Assembly (NCBI RefSeq): GCF_038025025.1
Contig: NW_027117346.1
Span: forward strand, 372,001 to 436,000
From: Phyllosticta citribraziliensis
Taxonomy: Eukaryota
Direction of reading: 5' to 3'
Length of the DNA: 64,000 nt
Position 1 is the first letter of the stretch, and every line of letters begins with the position of its first letter. A program made the translations under genes and the position numbers. A model generated the notes under the pieces. The model saw only the letters and a list, made by a program, of their open reading frames with translations. It was not told the origin of the DNA and ran no database searches. Positions 1 through 13,498 of this stretch are shown one piece after another.

Positions 1-2402
1 GTAGTATAAGGCTCTAGCTATATAATACTAACTACTAGATAGATTTTTATATTATTAGGGAGCTTAAGCTTATATACTAGCTTAAATCTAGTATAGGCCT
101 TAATATAGAAAGGTCTAATAAACTGGTAGGTGAATTTCTTACTAATATTTCTATATATATAGTATCTATAATGTAGATAGAGTCTTACCTATAATCTAAC
201 TAGAAGGTAGATAAGCTTATACCTTTAGTTATATATATACTTATAGGAAGTATTTATAAAAGTAATACCTTTATAAGCTTAGTCCTAGAAATAAGCTCTT
301 ATAACCCCTAGTTTAGTATCTAGTAGCTCCTACTAGATTATTATTATTAGGTTAACTTATAGCTAGAATCTAAGGTATATCTTATCTAGAGTCTAGCCTG
401 TTACTATATTAGGGGAAGAGTTTATTATAGCCTAAATTATAGGAAGGGTATTAGTCTACTATAGCTTAGTATTTACTATAATAAAGTAGTATAAGGTAAT
501 TTTAACTATTTAATTTATCTACTTACTCTAGCTATTTATCTAGGGATGGTATACTATGCTGGCTATAAAGTTAATCCTAAGATACTTAAAAATACTATCT
601 ATAAAGTTAGAGAGCTAATAGCTATCCCTATCTAAAATTATAACTAAAGGGAGTCCCTAGCTAAGTACTAGGATGGTTTTAATAAAAATACCTCCCTATT
701 TACTAGCTATCTAGGTCTCCTATCTAGGGACTAAGGCTATATACTTAGTAAATTTATAGGTAACTATTAATAGTATATTAAATACCTCTATAGTAGGGGG
801 TATCCTAGTAATAAAATCTGCTATAATAGTATAGAAAGGTAATTTTAGGCTAATAATTAGGTATAGAGATCTATATAGCTTATACCTAGGAGTCCTATTC
901 TATTTATAATCTAGATAGTTATAGATATATTTAGATAATTATAAGTTTAAGTTATAGATAAAGTAAGCTAGATAGATATAGCTAAGTACCCTATTAATCC
1001 CCTAGTAGCTATACTTATTATAGGCCATCTTAAAGATATCCTTCTTATAACTTAGTAGGATATATAGGTACTCTTATTTATTAACTTAATCTTAAAAGTA
1101 TACTAGGCCATTATAGATAAAGAACTATAGACTACTAGAAGGAGCCTCTACTAGGATATAGTTCTCTAGAGGTATATTATCCTAGTTAGCCTACTACTCC
1201 TATTTAACTATTATAACTATCCTAGACTACTTTTAGTCTTTAGTATAGCTAGTATAGATCTTAGCCTTAAAGGTATTAGAAAGTTCTACTAAGGTAACTT
1301 AGAATATAAAGGTTTAGTTATCTTCTAGAACTATATAGTTATTATTAGAGGATAGATATTCCTTAGTATCTAGATAGCTAAGTATATCTAGGATAATATA
1401 GTTTTACCTAGCCCTATAGTATAGCTCTAAGTAGAACTAGCTTAGGAACTAGGATCCTTATATAAGCTTTATATTTAGGTATTTTATAGAATCTATACTT
1501 AGGAAATAAGTCTAGGTAGTAATAGCTATAAGAGCTAAGTAGTCTATAAAAATAATTATATACTTTATAGATTCTATATAGAGATAAAGCTTATAGATAG
1601 CCTAGACTATTCTAGCTATCTTAAGCTTAGTAGGCTAGTATCTAGATTCTATACCCTTTACTTATTTAGATAGGAAGATGATTAGCTATACTAATATCTT
1701 AGGAAAATATTTAGTATACTTAAGCTATTTAATTAATAGATCCTAGACTAAGCCTAGTCCTACCTAGATACTATCTAGTTACTTAATAGCCTAAGTATAT
1801 AGGGCTTATCTATCCTATACTACTAGTACCTAAGGCTCTATTTTAGGCTTAGGATCCCTAATAATATAGTAGGCTATTACTCCTATACTATATTCCTTAC
1901 TTATATTAATATTAATATATAATAGTCTCTCTAGGTTATAATATACTAGCTAATCTATATTATATAGAGTCTCTTTAATTACTTTAAAAGTATCTAGCTA
2001 GTCTAGGCTAGGGTTATTATATTTCTTAGCTACTACCTACTAGTATATACTTTTAGTCTTAGGGATCCCTTTAAGCACCTTAGCTAGTAAGGCAGTTTTA
2101 GTAGCCTCTAATAGTTCTATAAGATAGGTATAGTATAGTATATACTATTATAGCTATCCTATAAGTCTAAGGAAGGTTTCTAGCTTCTAGAGAGTATTTA
2201 GAAAGGTAAGGTCCTTAATAGTATAGATCTTATCTTTATAGGTAATTACTCTATAGCTATAGATATACTAACCTAAGTATAAAACTAAAGGGTATCTAAG
2301 TAGTATCTTCTTAGGTAATAATAAGATCTATCTATTATCTAGTACCTTTAGTATAGAGTCTAGGTACTTAAGGTAGTTATTAAAAGTTTTAGAGTATATT
2401 AG
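1..2402 (-). mobile_element. Family A host copy A2, 3' part of pol (RT C-terminus, RNase H, integrase); continues beyond the window
   Basis: The reverse complement aligns with A1 positions ~7223-9625 (e.g. window start versus 9475-9625). Confidence 0.93.
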
Positions 2403-2589
2403 TATAGTAGTAGATCCTATAGGGATCTAGTATAGCTGTAGGATCTAGTATAGCTGTTAGATACTAAGGGTAAGCTTAGCAAGCTTGGCAGTTATAGGGG
2501 ATAGGTACTTTAGCCATATAGATAGCCTAAGTAATAGGATAACTCTTACACCTAAATTAGTACTATAAATATCTAGTTAGATTATTATA
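2403..2589 (+). repeat. 5' LTR of A1
   Basis: Near-identical to 13312-13498, differing by transitions. The termini TA...TA are RIPped TG...CA; TG is intact in the host copy at 18308. Confidence 0.95.
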
Positions 2590-5500
2590 TATAGTAGCTA
2601 AAAAGGGTTATTCTATAAGTTAAAACCCCTTTTTATACTACTTCTATTACTACTATACTAGCTACTTAGATCTAAATATGTAATATATCTTCTACTATAT
2701 TAATAGTATATTAAGATCCTCCTATACCTAGAATCTAACCTAATCTACCTTAATAACTATAGAGTAATAAAAACTACCTATAAGACTTTAACTACTTACT
2801 TAGTAATTATAGAACCTCTTAGATACTAGTCTATAGTCCCTCTAGGATCTACTCCTTACCCTAACCTAATAATTAATCTTTACCTTTATATAATAGTTTA
2901 ATCCTCCTAAGATCTAGGCTAGTATAAGGAATCTAGCTAATAGGGCTCTTCCTAGATACCCTATTATTTAGAACTCTATAGTTAAGGGCTAATAGGCTCT
3001 CTTATATACTATATAGGAGTTTATTAATAAGTATACTACTTAGGTTACTAGGATTAGTATACTAGCCTATAAGAATTAATTATAAGGCTCTACCCTACTA
3101 CCTATTATTATAAGCTTACTACTTAGTTCTTCTAGCTAATCCTAGATAATTATAGGCTAGATACTAGTATTAATAAGCTAATCTATAGATGCTATATATT
3201 CTATAGTAGGTATTATAAGTATACTATCTATACTAGTACCTATATCTTTAACCCCTACTACTCCTTAATATATTATAATACTATATATATCTACTCTAGT
3301 CTACCCTTTAATACTATAAGTACCCTTAGTATAATAGTCTTCCTAGAGTATAATTAAGGAGTATAGTATAATTACCCTCTATAGGTTTAGTCTATATAGA
3401 TCTACTAGTTATAAAGATAGTATATAATAACTAGGTACTATAGTAACTAAGTAACTATAATAGTAGTTACTATACTAGATCCTAGGCCCTAATATAGGTA
3501 TAACATACCTACTATTACCTACCTAGAAATCTACTAGTCCTTTAATACCTAGTTATACCTAATAATAACTATTTAATACTCCCTCCTTTAATATATCCTA
3601 TAAATATTTAACTTTACTATATATACCTTCTAATCTTTTTTACTACTCTTATATATTAAGCTATAAATCCTACTTTATAGATCTAAACCTATACTAATCT
3701 AGCTACTATAGAGCCTTTTATTTCTCTAACTATTATAATATAAGTAGTAATAACCTCTCTTCAGATTTATATAGTAGATCCCTTAATATAATTATCTAGT
3801 ATAATACTAACTACCTAGATACTTAATTCCCCTTACTAAAACCTTTCTAGTTACTATAATATAACTAATATAAGCTACTTCCTATACTCCTACTCCCTAG
3901 AGTACCTAAATACTATCTTATAAGCTAATTAAGTATAGGTTCTTAATACTACTAAAGAGTTATAATATTTAGGGCTAGTAGATCTAGTAAAGGATCTAGA
4001 AGTAGTAGATAAGATAATATAGAGGACCTACTAGCCTTTACTAGGGCCTAAGCTAAGTACCTTAATACTAACTTTAGTACTTAGGATATAGCTATTACTA
4101 ACCTAATATAATAATTAGGTAAATAATCTAAGCTACTAGGCTAGTAGGGAATAAGGCTTATAGTAATTAATACTAGTATAAGTAAAATTAATATATAATT
4201 AGGTAAACTATTCTAAACCCTAGAGTTATACTACTAAACCTAAGAGGATACTACCTAGGAAGCCTAAATTAATTAAAATAGCCTAAGAGTTATAATCTAG
4301 TATATAGATTATAAAAGAAAGGCTATAAAATACCTAGATAATACTAGTCTATAGACTACTCTAGATCTAGATTAGTAGTTTCCTCCTTAGTAGTAGTAGC
4401 TACTAGTACTAAAGTTTAGCCCTAAGGAGGTTAGATTCTTTAACCTATACCTCCTAGAAGCTAAATTTAAGCCTAGTAATATTATAATTAAGGGAACCTA
4501 GACCTACTACTAGGATATTAAGTAATTTATTAAAGCTATAGATATATCCTTATAATATATTCTAGTATAAGTTATATATAAAAATCTAGGATAATACCTT
4601 AAAGGATAAGCTACTAAATAGTATATCTAGTAGTTAATAAAGGCTTATTAGGATATACTCCTAGATAGTAATAGTATTAATAATTAGGTATAAGTACTAT
4701 AGGAGTAGTAGGGATTACTAGTCTATAAAGCTATAAGGTAGCTAGATAAAATAAAGTTTAATAAATATAGTATATATAATAATATTCTAATAGTAGATTT
4801 TATATTAGATTATATCTATTATAGTAAGGTATCTAGACTTACTAGGGTCTGTAGCTAATTAATATAGGCTTAGAATAAGATAGAGGTATAATACTATATA
4901 CTTATCCTATACCTATAAGTAGATACTACTATAGAAGAATTTATCTAGAATATTAAGTTATACTAGTATATATAGTATAAGCTATATAATAAGGTATATC
5001 TATAAGTAAGTAAGTAACCTTTTATATATAATACTAATTAGTAAGGATTCTTATAAAATCCCTATAATAATACTAATAACTCCTATTAAGGGGGCTAGGG
5101 TTATATAAGTAATACTATAGCTAAGAAGTAGATTATATATCCTAAGAAAAAGGCCCTACCTACTCTACCTAAGTATACTAGAAATGCTACTAATTTAAAA
5201 TCCTAATACTAGAACTAGAAGGGTAAGGGCCTAGCTAAGGTATAGCCTAATTACTATACTAGTAGCCTAGATAGTAGTAATAGTAATAAAGAAGAAGGAG
5301 ATATATTAGTTAGTAGCCTAGATAAAGGTAATAAGGTATTAGTAGATAAAGATACTATAGAGGAAGATATAGCCTATTATTATTATAAGGATTTTATACT
5401 TTTTATTAACCTTACCCTATTAGGCCTATTAGCTAGTACTAGTAATAAGACTCTAGATAATACTTAACTAGTCTTACTATATAGATACTAGTTCTATCTA

Positions 5501-8500
5501 ATATATTTTATATTATATAATAAGCTATTTATATATTTAAAGGACTATTCTACTAGGGTATAGGGTAGGTCTAAGAGTAATAAAACTAAGTAGTATAATT
5601 ATTAGCTTAATAAGATACTATAAGTACTTAATACTATCTTTACTATAAGTATATAGGATCTATAGATAATTAGTTCTTTAATAAATATAGTAGATATCTA
5701 GGTACCTCCCTATTTCCCTATATACTAATTAGTAGAAATAAGTTTCTAGCTTATACCTAAGGGATTCCTTAATATAGCTTACTTAAATATAGGAGTATCT
5801 TTATCCTTAGTAGTAAGAAGCTTCTTATATAATAAACTACCTAATATTAAGATCTAGACCTTACTAATAGTAGGTACTATTTATAGAGTAGTAGGTAAAC
5901 CTATAGTATCTAATAAGTATATCCTTTTACTACTCTACTTACTAGGGGTACTGCCTAATAGATTATAAGCTATAGGGATAGTATAATACTATATAAGGGT
6001 AGTTAATAATATGCTAATCCTACTACTTATTAGTATAAATATTATCTAACCTTAAGGGGTCCTAATTAATAGCTTATAAAGTATAGTAATATAGCCTTTC
6101 TACTATAACCTATAGACTAAGGTAGTCCTATAGAAGTGTACTATACTAGTATATAGGGTTATTAAGGCTATATAGTAGGTAATTATTAAGCTATATTTAT
6201 TAGTACTAATTAGTATAATAGCTAGTAAGGATCTCCTTAACTAGCTATATAAATTTTAACCTAACTAGTAAACTAGCTAGATCCTATTCCTAGTTTAAGG
6301 TAGTATCCTATATTATATAGTATATAATTTAGATTTTAGCTAGCTCTTTACTTATAATAATATAGATAAGCTACTTATAATCCTATAATAAGTAAGGCTT
6401 AGATACTTAGTTACTATAGAAATTAATAGCTACTACTAGGTATCTAACTACTCTATAGTAGGTATATTCTATAATAGGATCCTACTAGAGCTAGAAATTA
6501 CTCTTAATAATAGTATTTATATCTATAGTCTACTAGATTATATTAATACCTTTTAGAAGATCTTAAAGAAATATCTACTACTTTTTATAGATTAATATAC
6601 TATAGTTAATATACCTAAGGAAGACTAGATACCTATTAACCTAATAGATAATTAGTAAGATAAGCTAGGATATCTCCTACTAATTTAGATATATAGTATA
6701 TCCTATAAGGGTAAGTAGGTTCTAAATAAGACCTTTAAAGACCTATATAACTAGATTACTATAGATAGAATACCTAAAATATTATAGATAGATAAGCTAA
6801 TAGAGTTTACTTAGCTAGCTTTTATTATTTAGAAGGATAAGTATTACTAGCTTCCCTAATTAGGAGATAGGCCCCTATAGGTCTAGTATAAGTATAAAGG
6901 TTATAGAATTATAGATATCTAGGGTCTAAATACCCTAATATACTATAATAAGTATACCTTAAAAACTATCTAGGACTTAGTAAGTTATCTATAAGGATAT
7001 CTATATACCTTACTTATTAATAGGTGATCTTTCTTCTATTAATAGTTAATTAAGTAAGCCTACTAGTACTATATAATAATCTAGAGTTACTATAGCTAGG
7101 AAACCCTAGTAGTAGCTCTTATAGGATTCTATAATAGTATACTATATATCTAGTACTAATTTAATAACATCCTATACTATATAGGCTGCTAGGACTTTAC
7201 TTTTATATATATTAATAATGTACTAATATGCTCTAAAACTTTTAATAAATACCTTATATACCTAGACTCTATACTAAAGGTACTAGATAATAGATAGATC
7301 TCCTTATTACCTAAGAAGATACTACTTAGATACCTATTAGTTTTATACTTAGGTTAGTATATCTATAGCTATAGAGTAATTACCTATAAAGATAAGATCT
7401 ATACTATTAAGGACCTTACCTTCCTAAATACCCTCTAGAAGCTTAAAACTTTCTTAGGGCTTATTAGATAGTTATAGTAGTATATACTATACTATACCTA
7501 CCTAGTAGAGCTACTAGAGGTAACTAAAATAGTACTACTAGCTAAGGTACTTAAAGGTATCCCTAAGACTAAGAGCACATACTAGTAAGTAGTAGCTAAG
7601 AAGTAGAATAACCCTAACCTAGACTAGCTAGATACTTTTAAAGTAATTAAGGAAACCTTATATAATATAGACTAGTTAGTATATTATACTCTAGAAAGGC
7701 CTTTATATATTAATATTAATACTAGTAAGGAATATAGTATAGAAGCTATAGTATACTATATTATTAGGGATCCTAAACCTAAAATAGAACCTTAGGCCCT
7801 AGTATTATAAGAAGGGCTAGTACTATATATATAGGAGGTTAAGTAGCCTAATAGTATCTAGGTAGGACTAGGATCTATCTAGGATCCTTCTATTAAATAG
7901 CTTAAGTATACTAAATATTTTCCTAAGGTATTAGTATAGCTAATCATCTTCCTATCTAAATAAGTAAAGGGTATAGAGTCTAGGTATTAGCTAACTAAGC
8001 TTAAAATAGCTAGGGTTATCTAGGCTATCTATAAGCTATACCTCTATATAGAATCTATAAAATATATAATTATCTTTATAGACTATTTAGCCCTAATAGC
8101 TATTACTACCTAGATATATTTCCTAAGTATAGATTTAGTAGAGTACTTAAATATAAAGCTTATATAGGGATCCTAGTTCCTAAGTTAGTTCTACTTAGAA
8201 CTATACTACTAGGTAGGATAAAACTATATTATCCCTAATATACTTAGCTACCTAGATACTAAGGAATAACCAGCATCTAATAATAACTATATAGTACTAG
8301 AGGATAACTAAACCTTTATATTTAGAGTAGTATTAGTAGAACTTTCTAATACTTTTAAGGCTAAGATCTAAGTAGGTTATACTAAAGACTAAAAGTAGTC
8401 CTAGATTATAGTAATAATCTAGTATAAGTAGGATATTAACTAAGATAATGTGCTACCTAAGGGATAAATCCCTATAGAGGCCCCTTTAAGTAGCCTATAA

Positions 8501-10469
8501 TTCTTTATCTAAGATGGGCTAGTATACTTCTAGGACTAAGTAGATAAGTAGGAGTATCTATATATCCTACTAAGCTATAAAAAGGATATCTTTATAATGG
8601 CCTATAATAAATATAGCTACTAAGAAATTAATAGAGTACTAAGCTATATCTAGCCTACTTACTTTATTTATAACCTAAATTTATAACTATCTAAATATAT
8701 TTACCTATATCTAGATTATAAGTAGAATAGGACCTCTAGGTATAAACCTTATAGATCCCTATACCCTATTATTAGCCTAAAGCTACTATTCTATATAATT
8801 ATAATAGACTTTATTACTAGGATACCTCCTACTATAGAGTTATTTAATATATTACTTATAGTTACCTATAAGTTTACCAAGCGCATTATATTAGTACCTA
8901 GATAGGAAACCTAGATAGCTAGTAAATAGGGTAGTATTTTTATTAAAACTATCCTAGTACTTAGTTAGGGACTCCTATTAATTATAATCTTAGATAGGGA
9001 TAGTTACTAGCTCTCTAACTTTATAGATAGAGTTTTTAAGCACCTTAGGATTAAGTTTATAGCTAGTATAGTATACTATCCCTAGATAAATAGCTAAAAT
9101 AAGTAGATAAATTAAATAGTTAAAATTACCCTATACTATTTTATTATAGTAAATACTAAACTATAATAGACTAATACCCTTCCTATAGTCTAGGCCATAA
9201 TAAATTCCTCCCTAAATATAGTAATAGGCCGTACCCTAGATAAAATATACCTTAGTTTTTAGCTATAGGTTGACCCTATAATAATAATCTAGTAAGAACT
9301 ACTAGATATAGACCTAGGGGTTATAAGGGCCTACTTCTAGGACTAAGCTTATAAAGGCATTATATTTACTAATATAAGTTATAAATATATATATAACTAG
9401 AGGTATAAGCTTATCTACCTACTAGTTAGATTCTAGGTAAGACTTTAACTATACTATAGATACTATATATATAGAAATATAAGTAAGAAATTTACCTACT
9501 AGTTTATTAGACCTTTCTATATTAAGGCCTATATAGGATCTAAGCTAGTATATAAGCTTAAGCTCCCTAATAATATAAAAATCTATCTAGTAGTTAGTAT
9601 TATATAACTTAAGCCTTATACTATACTAGGAGTAGACCCTTATAGCTAGGATATTCTATTTCTAAGACCTTTAGAGGTTATAACTAAGGGTAAGATAGTA
9701 CTAGAATATAAAATCTAAGTACTATTATTATAGTACTATAATCCCTACTTAAAGAAGATCTAATACTTAGTTAACTAGTAAGGATAGGGAGCTAAATACT
9801 ACTAATAAATAAACCTAGAGGACCTTTATAATACCTAAGACCTAGTTAAGAAGTATAATATAAGGATTAATATAGAAACCTATATAACTAAGTAATATAC
9901 CTCTACTAGGTATCCTTAGGGTCCTACTAATACTACTATTAGTATCCTAGTATTAGAAGAGACTACTAGTATCTAGGAACCTATAGAAATTATAGTAAAT
10001 AAAGACCCCTTATAAGCCTATAATAATATTACTAATAAGGGTAAAGTAGCCTATTAGTATAATAAGTATAGGGGCTACTATACTAGGAGTCCCTATATAG
10101 TAATCCTATACTATACCTAAATAGGTACTCTTCCTTTATTATTATCCTATATTATTTTCCTTATATATATATCTAGGGATATTTTCTTTATACTAGCCTA
10201 GAGCTAGTAAGAGTAGATAAAGATATAGATTCTAGTAATAGTAATAAGAATATAATAAGGAGGTTATTCTAAGGAATTTTATTTATTAAGGAGAAGATAT
10301 AATATAGAGGATATTATAAAGAGTTCTCTTTATCTTTCTTTATTTATTTTCCCTTTATTTTTAGGCTAGGATATAGGGATACTAGTAGGTATAATTATAT
10401 TACCTAGATATTTAAGGCCTAAACTATAATTATCTATTATTATACCCTTATCTTTTTTAATATCTATTA

Positions 10470-13170
10470 CTATACTCTTACCCTTTTAATATCTATTATA
10501 TCTTAGCTTAATATACTTATTAATTATTATACCCTTAGGCTAGCTTATACTAAGGTAGTCTACTAGGATTATAGCTTAAGTAAAATAAAAATTTAAGGCT
10601 TATAGTATTACTACTATTATAAAATATAAACCTAGTAAAGATAAATATTTAGTAACTAATATATATAACTAGGGTCCTATCCTTAATACTAATATACCTT
10701 TAGGTAAAGAGATAATATCCTTTCTATTTAAGGATAAGGCTTTAATATCTATATTTACCTATCTACTAGTAAAGAGCTCCTATAGTAAAGGAGAGGATAG
10801 TAAATTAATAAGAACTATTAATCTAGCTACTATAGATTCTATAGTACTTTTTAATAGTATTTAGACTATAGTTATATATACCTATAGTCTTCTACCCTAT
10901 AAATATAACTTATTATTATATATAGAGGGATAGCTCTACTTATTAGTAGAATAATTAATAGCTAGTAACCTCTAGCTTATAAATATTAATAAGTACTATA
11001 TTTATACCTATATAAAGGGCTTATTAAATCCCTACTATAGGCTCTATAGTAGAGCTTTTATAGTAAAGATTAGTAATACCTTCTACTATACTAGGATCTA
11101 TAAGTATAAGATACTAGGAGGAGATAAGATATATACTACTATTATAGCTAAGAATCCTAGTAAGGACTTAAATAAAGAATATATTTAAAGCTACTAAGCT
11201 AATAAATAGAGGAATATATCTTTTAGTAGTAGGGTAGTACCTATTATTATTTAGAATAAGAAGGTTCTAGACTATTTTACCCCTAATAAGGAGTATTTTA
11301 CCCTAATTAAGCTAGTCTAGGTCCTAGGCCTCTACTTTAAAGTATATACCTACTTATAGTACTAGTACTATTTTAATATCCTATACTAGTATATAGCCCT
11401 ACTTACCTTTAATAATAGCTATTAAGTTATAAAGACTAGTTAGGATACTATCTATATTTTTTAGTATAAAATTAAGGATAATAATATAGTTAAACCCTAT
11501 AAATCTAATATTATAATACTCCTCTAGGGTTTTTATACCTTTAATAATACTAATTTCTAGATTAATATATCTAATAAGGCTTTCTAAGCTATATACTAGG
11601 CTACCTATAACTATAATATTATAAGGCTACCTCTACCTTTTATTATTAAGAAGGGTTATAAATAGGAAGTTACTAAGATACTACCTATTATTACTAGCTA
11701 TATTAATAAGGTTAAGCTAGTTATTATTCTACTATCTAAAGTAGAAAATAGATAATCCCTATAAAAAGGATACTTTAAAGGAAGTAATATTACTATAGCT
11801 AGTAGTATATAGTATAAATAGATAAAGGAAGACCTATTTTAATTTAAGGATTTAATAGTACTATATACTATAATATACTATAGTATCCTACTCTATAATT
11901 ATCTCTAGATAGAAGAGGTCTATATAGTATTCTAGTATATAGGTCTAGAATATATCTATCCCTTTAATAAGTATTTCTAGACTTTAGATAGTATAGGTAA
12001 CCTACTACTAAACCTAATTAAATTATAGACTTATTAGATACTAGGCCTACTATCTTATATAATCCTAGTACTACTTAATAACTATACTCTCCTATATTAT
12101 AGTTTTACTACCTAGTTATTAACTAAGATTAGATTACTATAGAAGATAGCTAGGTCTATATTATATACTACCTTATTAAGGGATTTCTATACTAAATAGA
12201 ATATTATAAATATCTAGTATAATCTAATACTCTATAACTATAACTATATACCTATAGGCCCCTAGTACCACCTAGTAAACTTATTTAGGGCCTAGATTAA
12301 AGAAGGTCTAGCTAAAGAGTAGGTAAGGAAGGATACTATAGAATAAAAGAAGAAATACTATATAGTAGAGGTATAGAATTAGCTAGACTATTAATACTAT
12401 AGAACCCTACTTATACTTAGATTATAGAAGTACTCTCCTTTATATCCTACTACTAACCCTAGTAATAATATCTTTAATATAATTAATCCTAATAAGATTA
12501 TTAACCCTAATTTATACTTTTATCCTAGCTCCTTATCTACCCTAATACCTAGTAAATCTAGTATTATAATACTAATACTATAATACTAGGGTATATTTAC
12601 TAGTATACCTAGATATAGTATAGTTAGTAAACCCTAGTATAGCTTAAAAACTATTAATAGTAAGGGTCCTAATAATAAGGATCCTAAGAATAAGGATCCT
12701 AAGAACTCTATAACTATAATTAAGCCTAAGAAGAAGTAAATTATAAGAATTAAATTAAACCCTAATAAGCTAAGTCCTAAATAATATAGGATTACTAGTT
12801 ACCCTAGTATAATAGATAATAAGGAGGTTATTAACCTTAAGGATAAGATATTAGCCCTAATTAATCTACTTAATAAAGAAGATAAGTCTAATACTAATAG
12901 TACTACCTATAAAAAGGATAGTACCATATATAAGGCTATCTATAATATAGTATATAAGATATATAGATAAACTAAGGGTAATAGAGTAATTAATATTAAT
13001 AACTAATTAGAATCTAAGTACTTAAGTAGTAAGTAATCCTAGGATAATAAGGTAATAGCTATAATTAGGGTAAAGTAGGATACTAAGGCTATAGGCTCCT
13101 ACCTCTTAGATACTAGAGATAAATAGGTTAAGACTCTAGAGTAGATAGTAATAGATAATAATAAGGAGTA
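10470..13170 (+). pseudogene. Putative extra sense ORF (ORF3-like) of unknown product in the 3' region of A1
   Basis: About 3 kb lies between the chromodomain and the 3' LTR. One frame reads consistently over ~10680-11380 with only TAG/TAA stops of the RIP-derivable type. An acidic DEDP-like repeat lies at ~12670-12705. Boundaries are approximate. Confidence 0.5.
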
Positions 13171-13311
13171 AAGCTTCCCCTATTTTTCCCTTTCTTTTCC
13201 TTTAGTGGGTCATAATTACTGCATAGATTGGATCTATAGATTTAGGAGTATAGATTAGGACTAGATAGTAGATATAGGTAAGGGTGCCTATAAACTACTT
13301 TAGCTACTACC

Positions 13312-13498
13312 TATAGTAGTAGATCCTATAGGGATCTAGTGTAGCTGTAGGATCTAGTATAGCTATTAGATGCTAAGGGTAAGCTTAGCAAGCTTAGTAG
13401 TTATAGGGGATAGGTACTTTAGCTATATAGATAGCCTAAGTAATAGGACAACTCTTATACCTAAATTAGTACTATAAATATCTAGTTAGATTGTTATA
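13312..13498 (+). repeat. 3' LTR of A1
   Basis: Direct repeat of 2403-2589, followed by TSD ATTAG. Confidence 0.95.

Larger units (their letters stand above)
2403..13498 (+). mobile_element. Full-length RIP-degenerate Ty3/Gypsy chromovirus-type LTR retrotransposon, family A (copy A1, 11,096 bp)
   Basis: 187-bp direct LTRs at 2403-2589 and 13312-13498. TSD ATTAG at 2398-2402 and 13499-13503. De-RIP readings: C2H2-like 'HNKLFxHL' ~5490-5550, RT YIDD (tat att aat aat) 7208-7219, integrase MDFITG-like ~8800-8825, chromodomain-like ~9700-9850. Confidence 0.95.

Noticed and set aside
11765..11800. AAAGGAAG-TAATATTAC resembling a PPT followed by an LTR start inside A1
   Set aside because: No second copy, LTR end or TSD found; likely coincidental.
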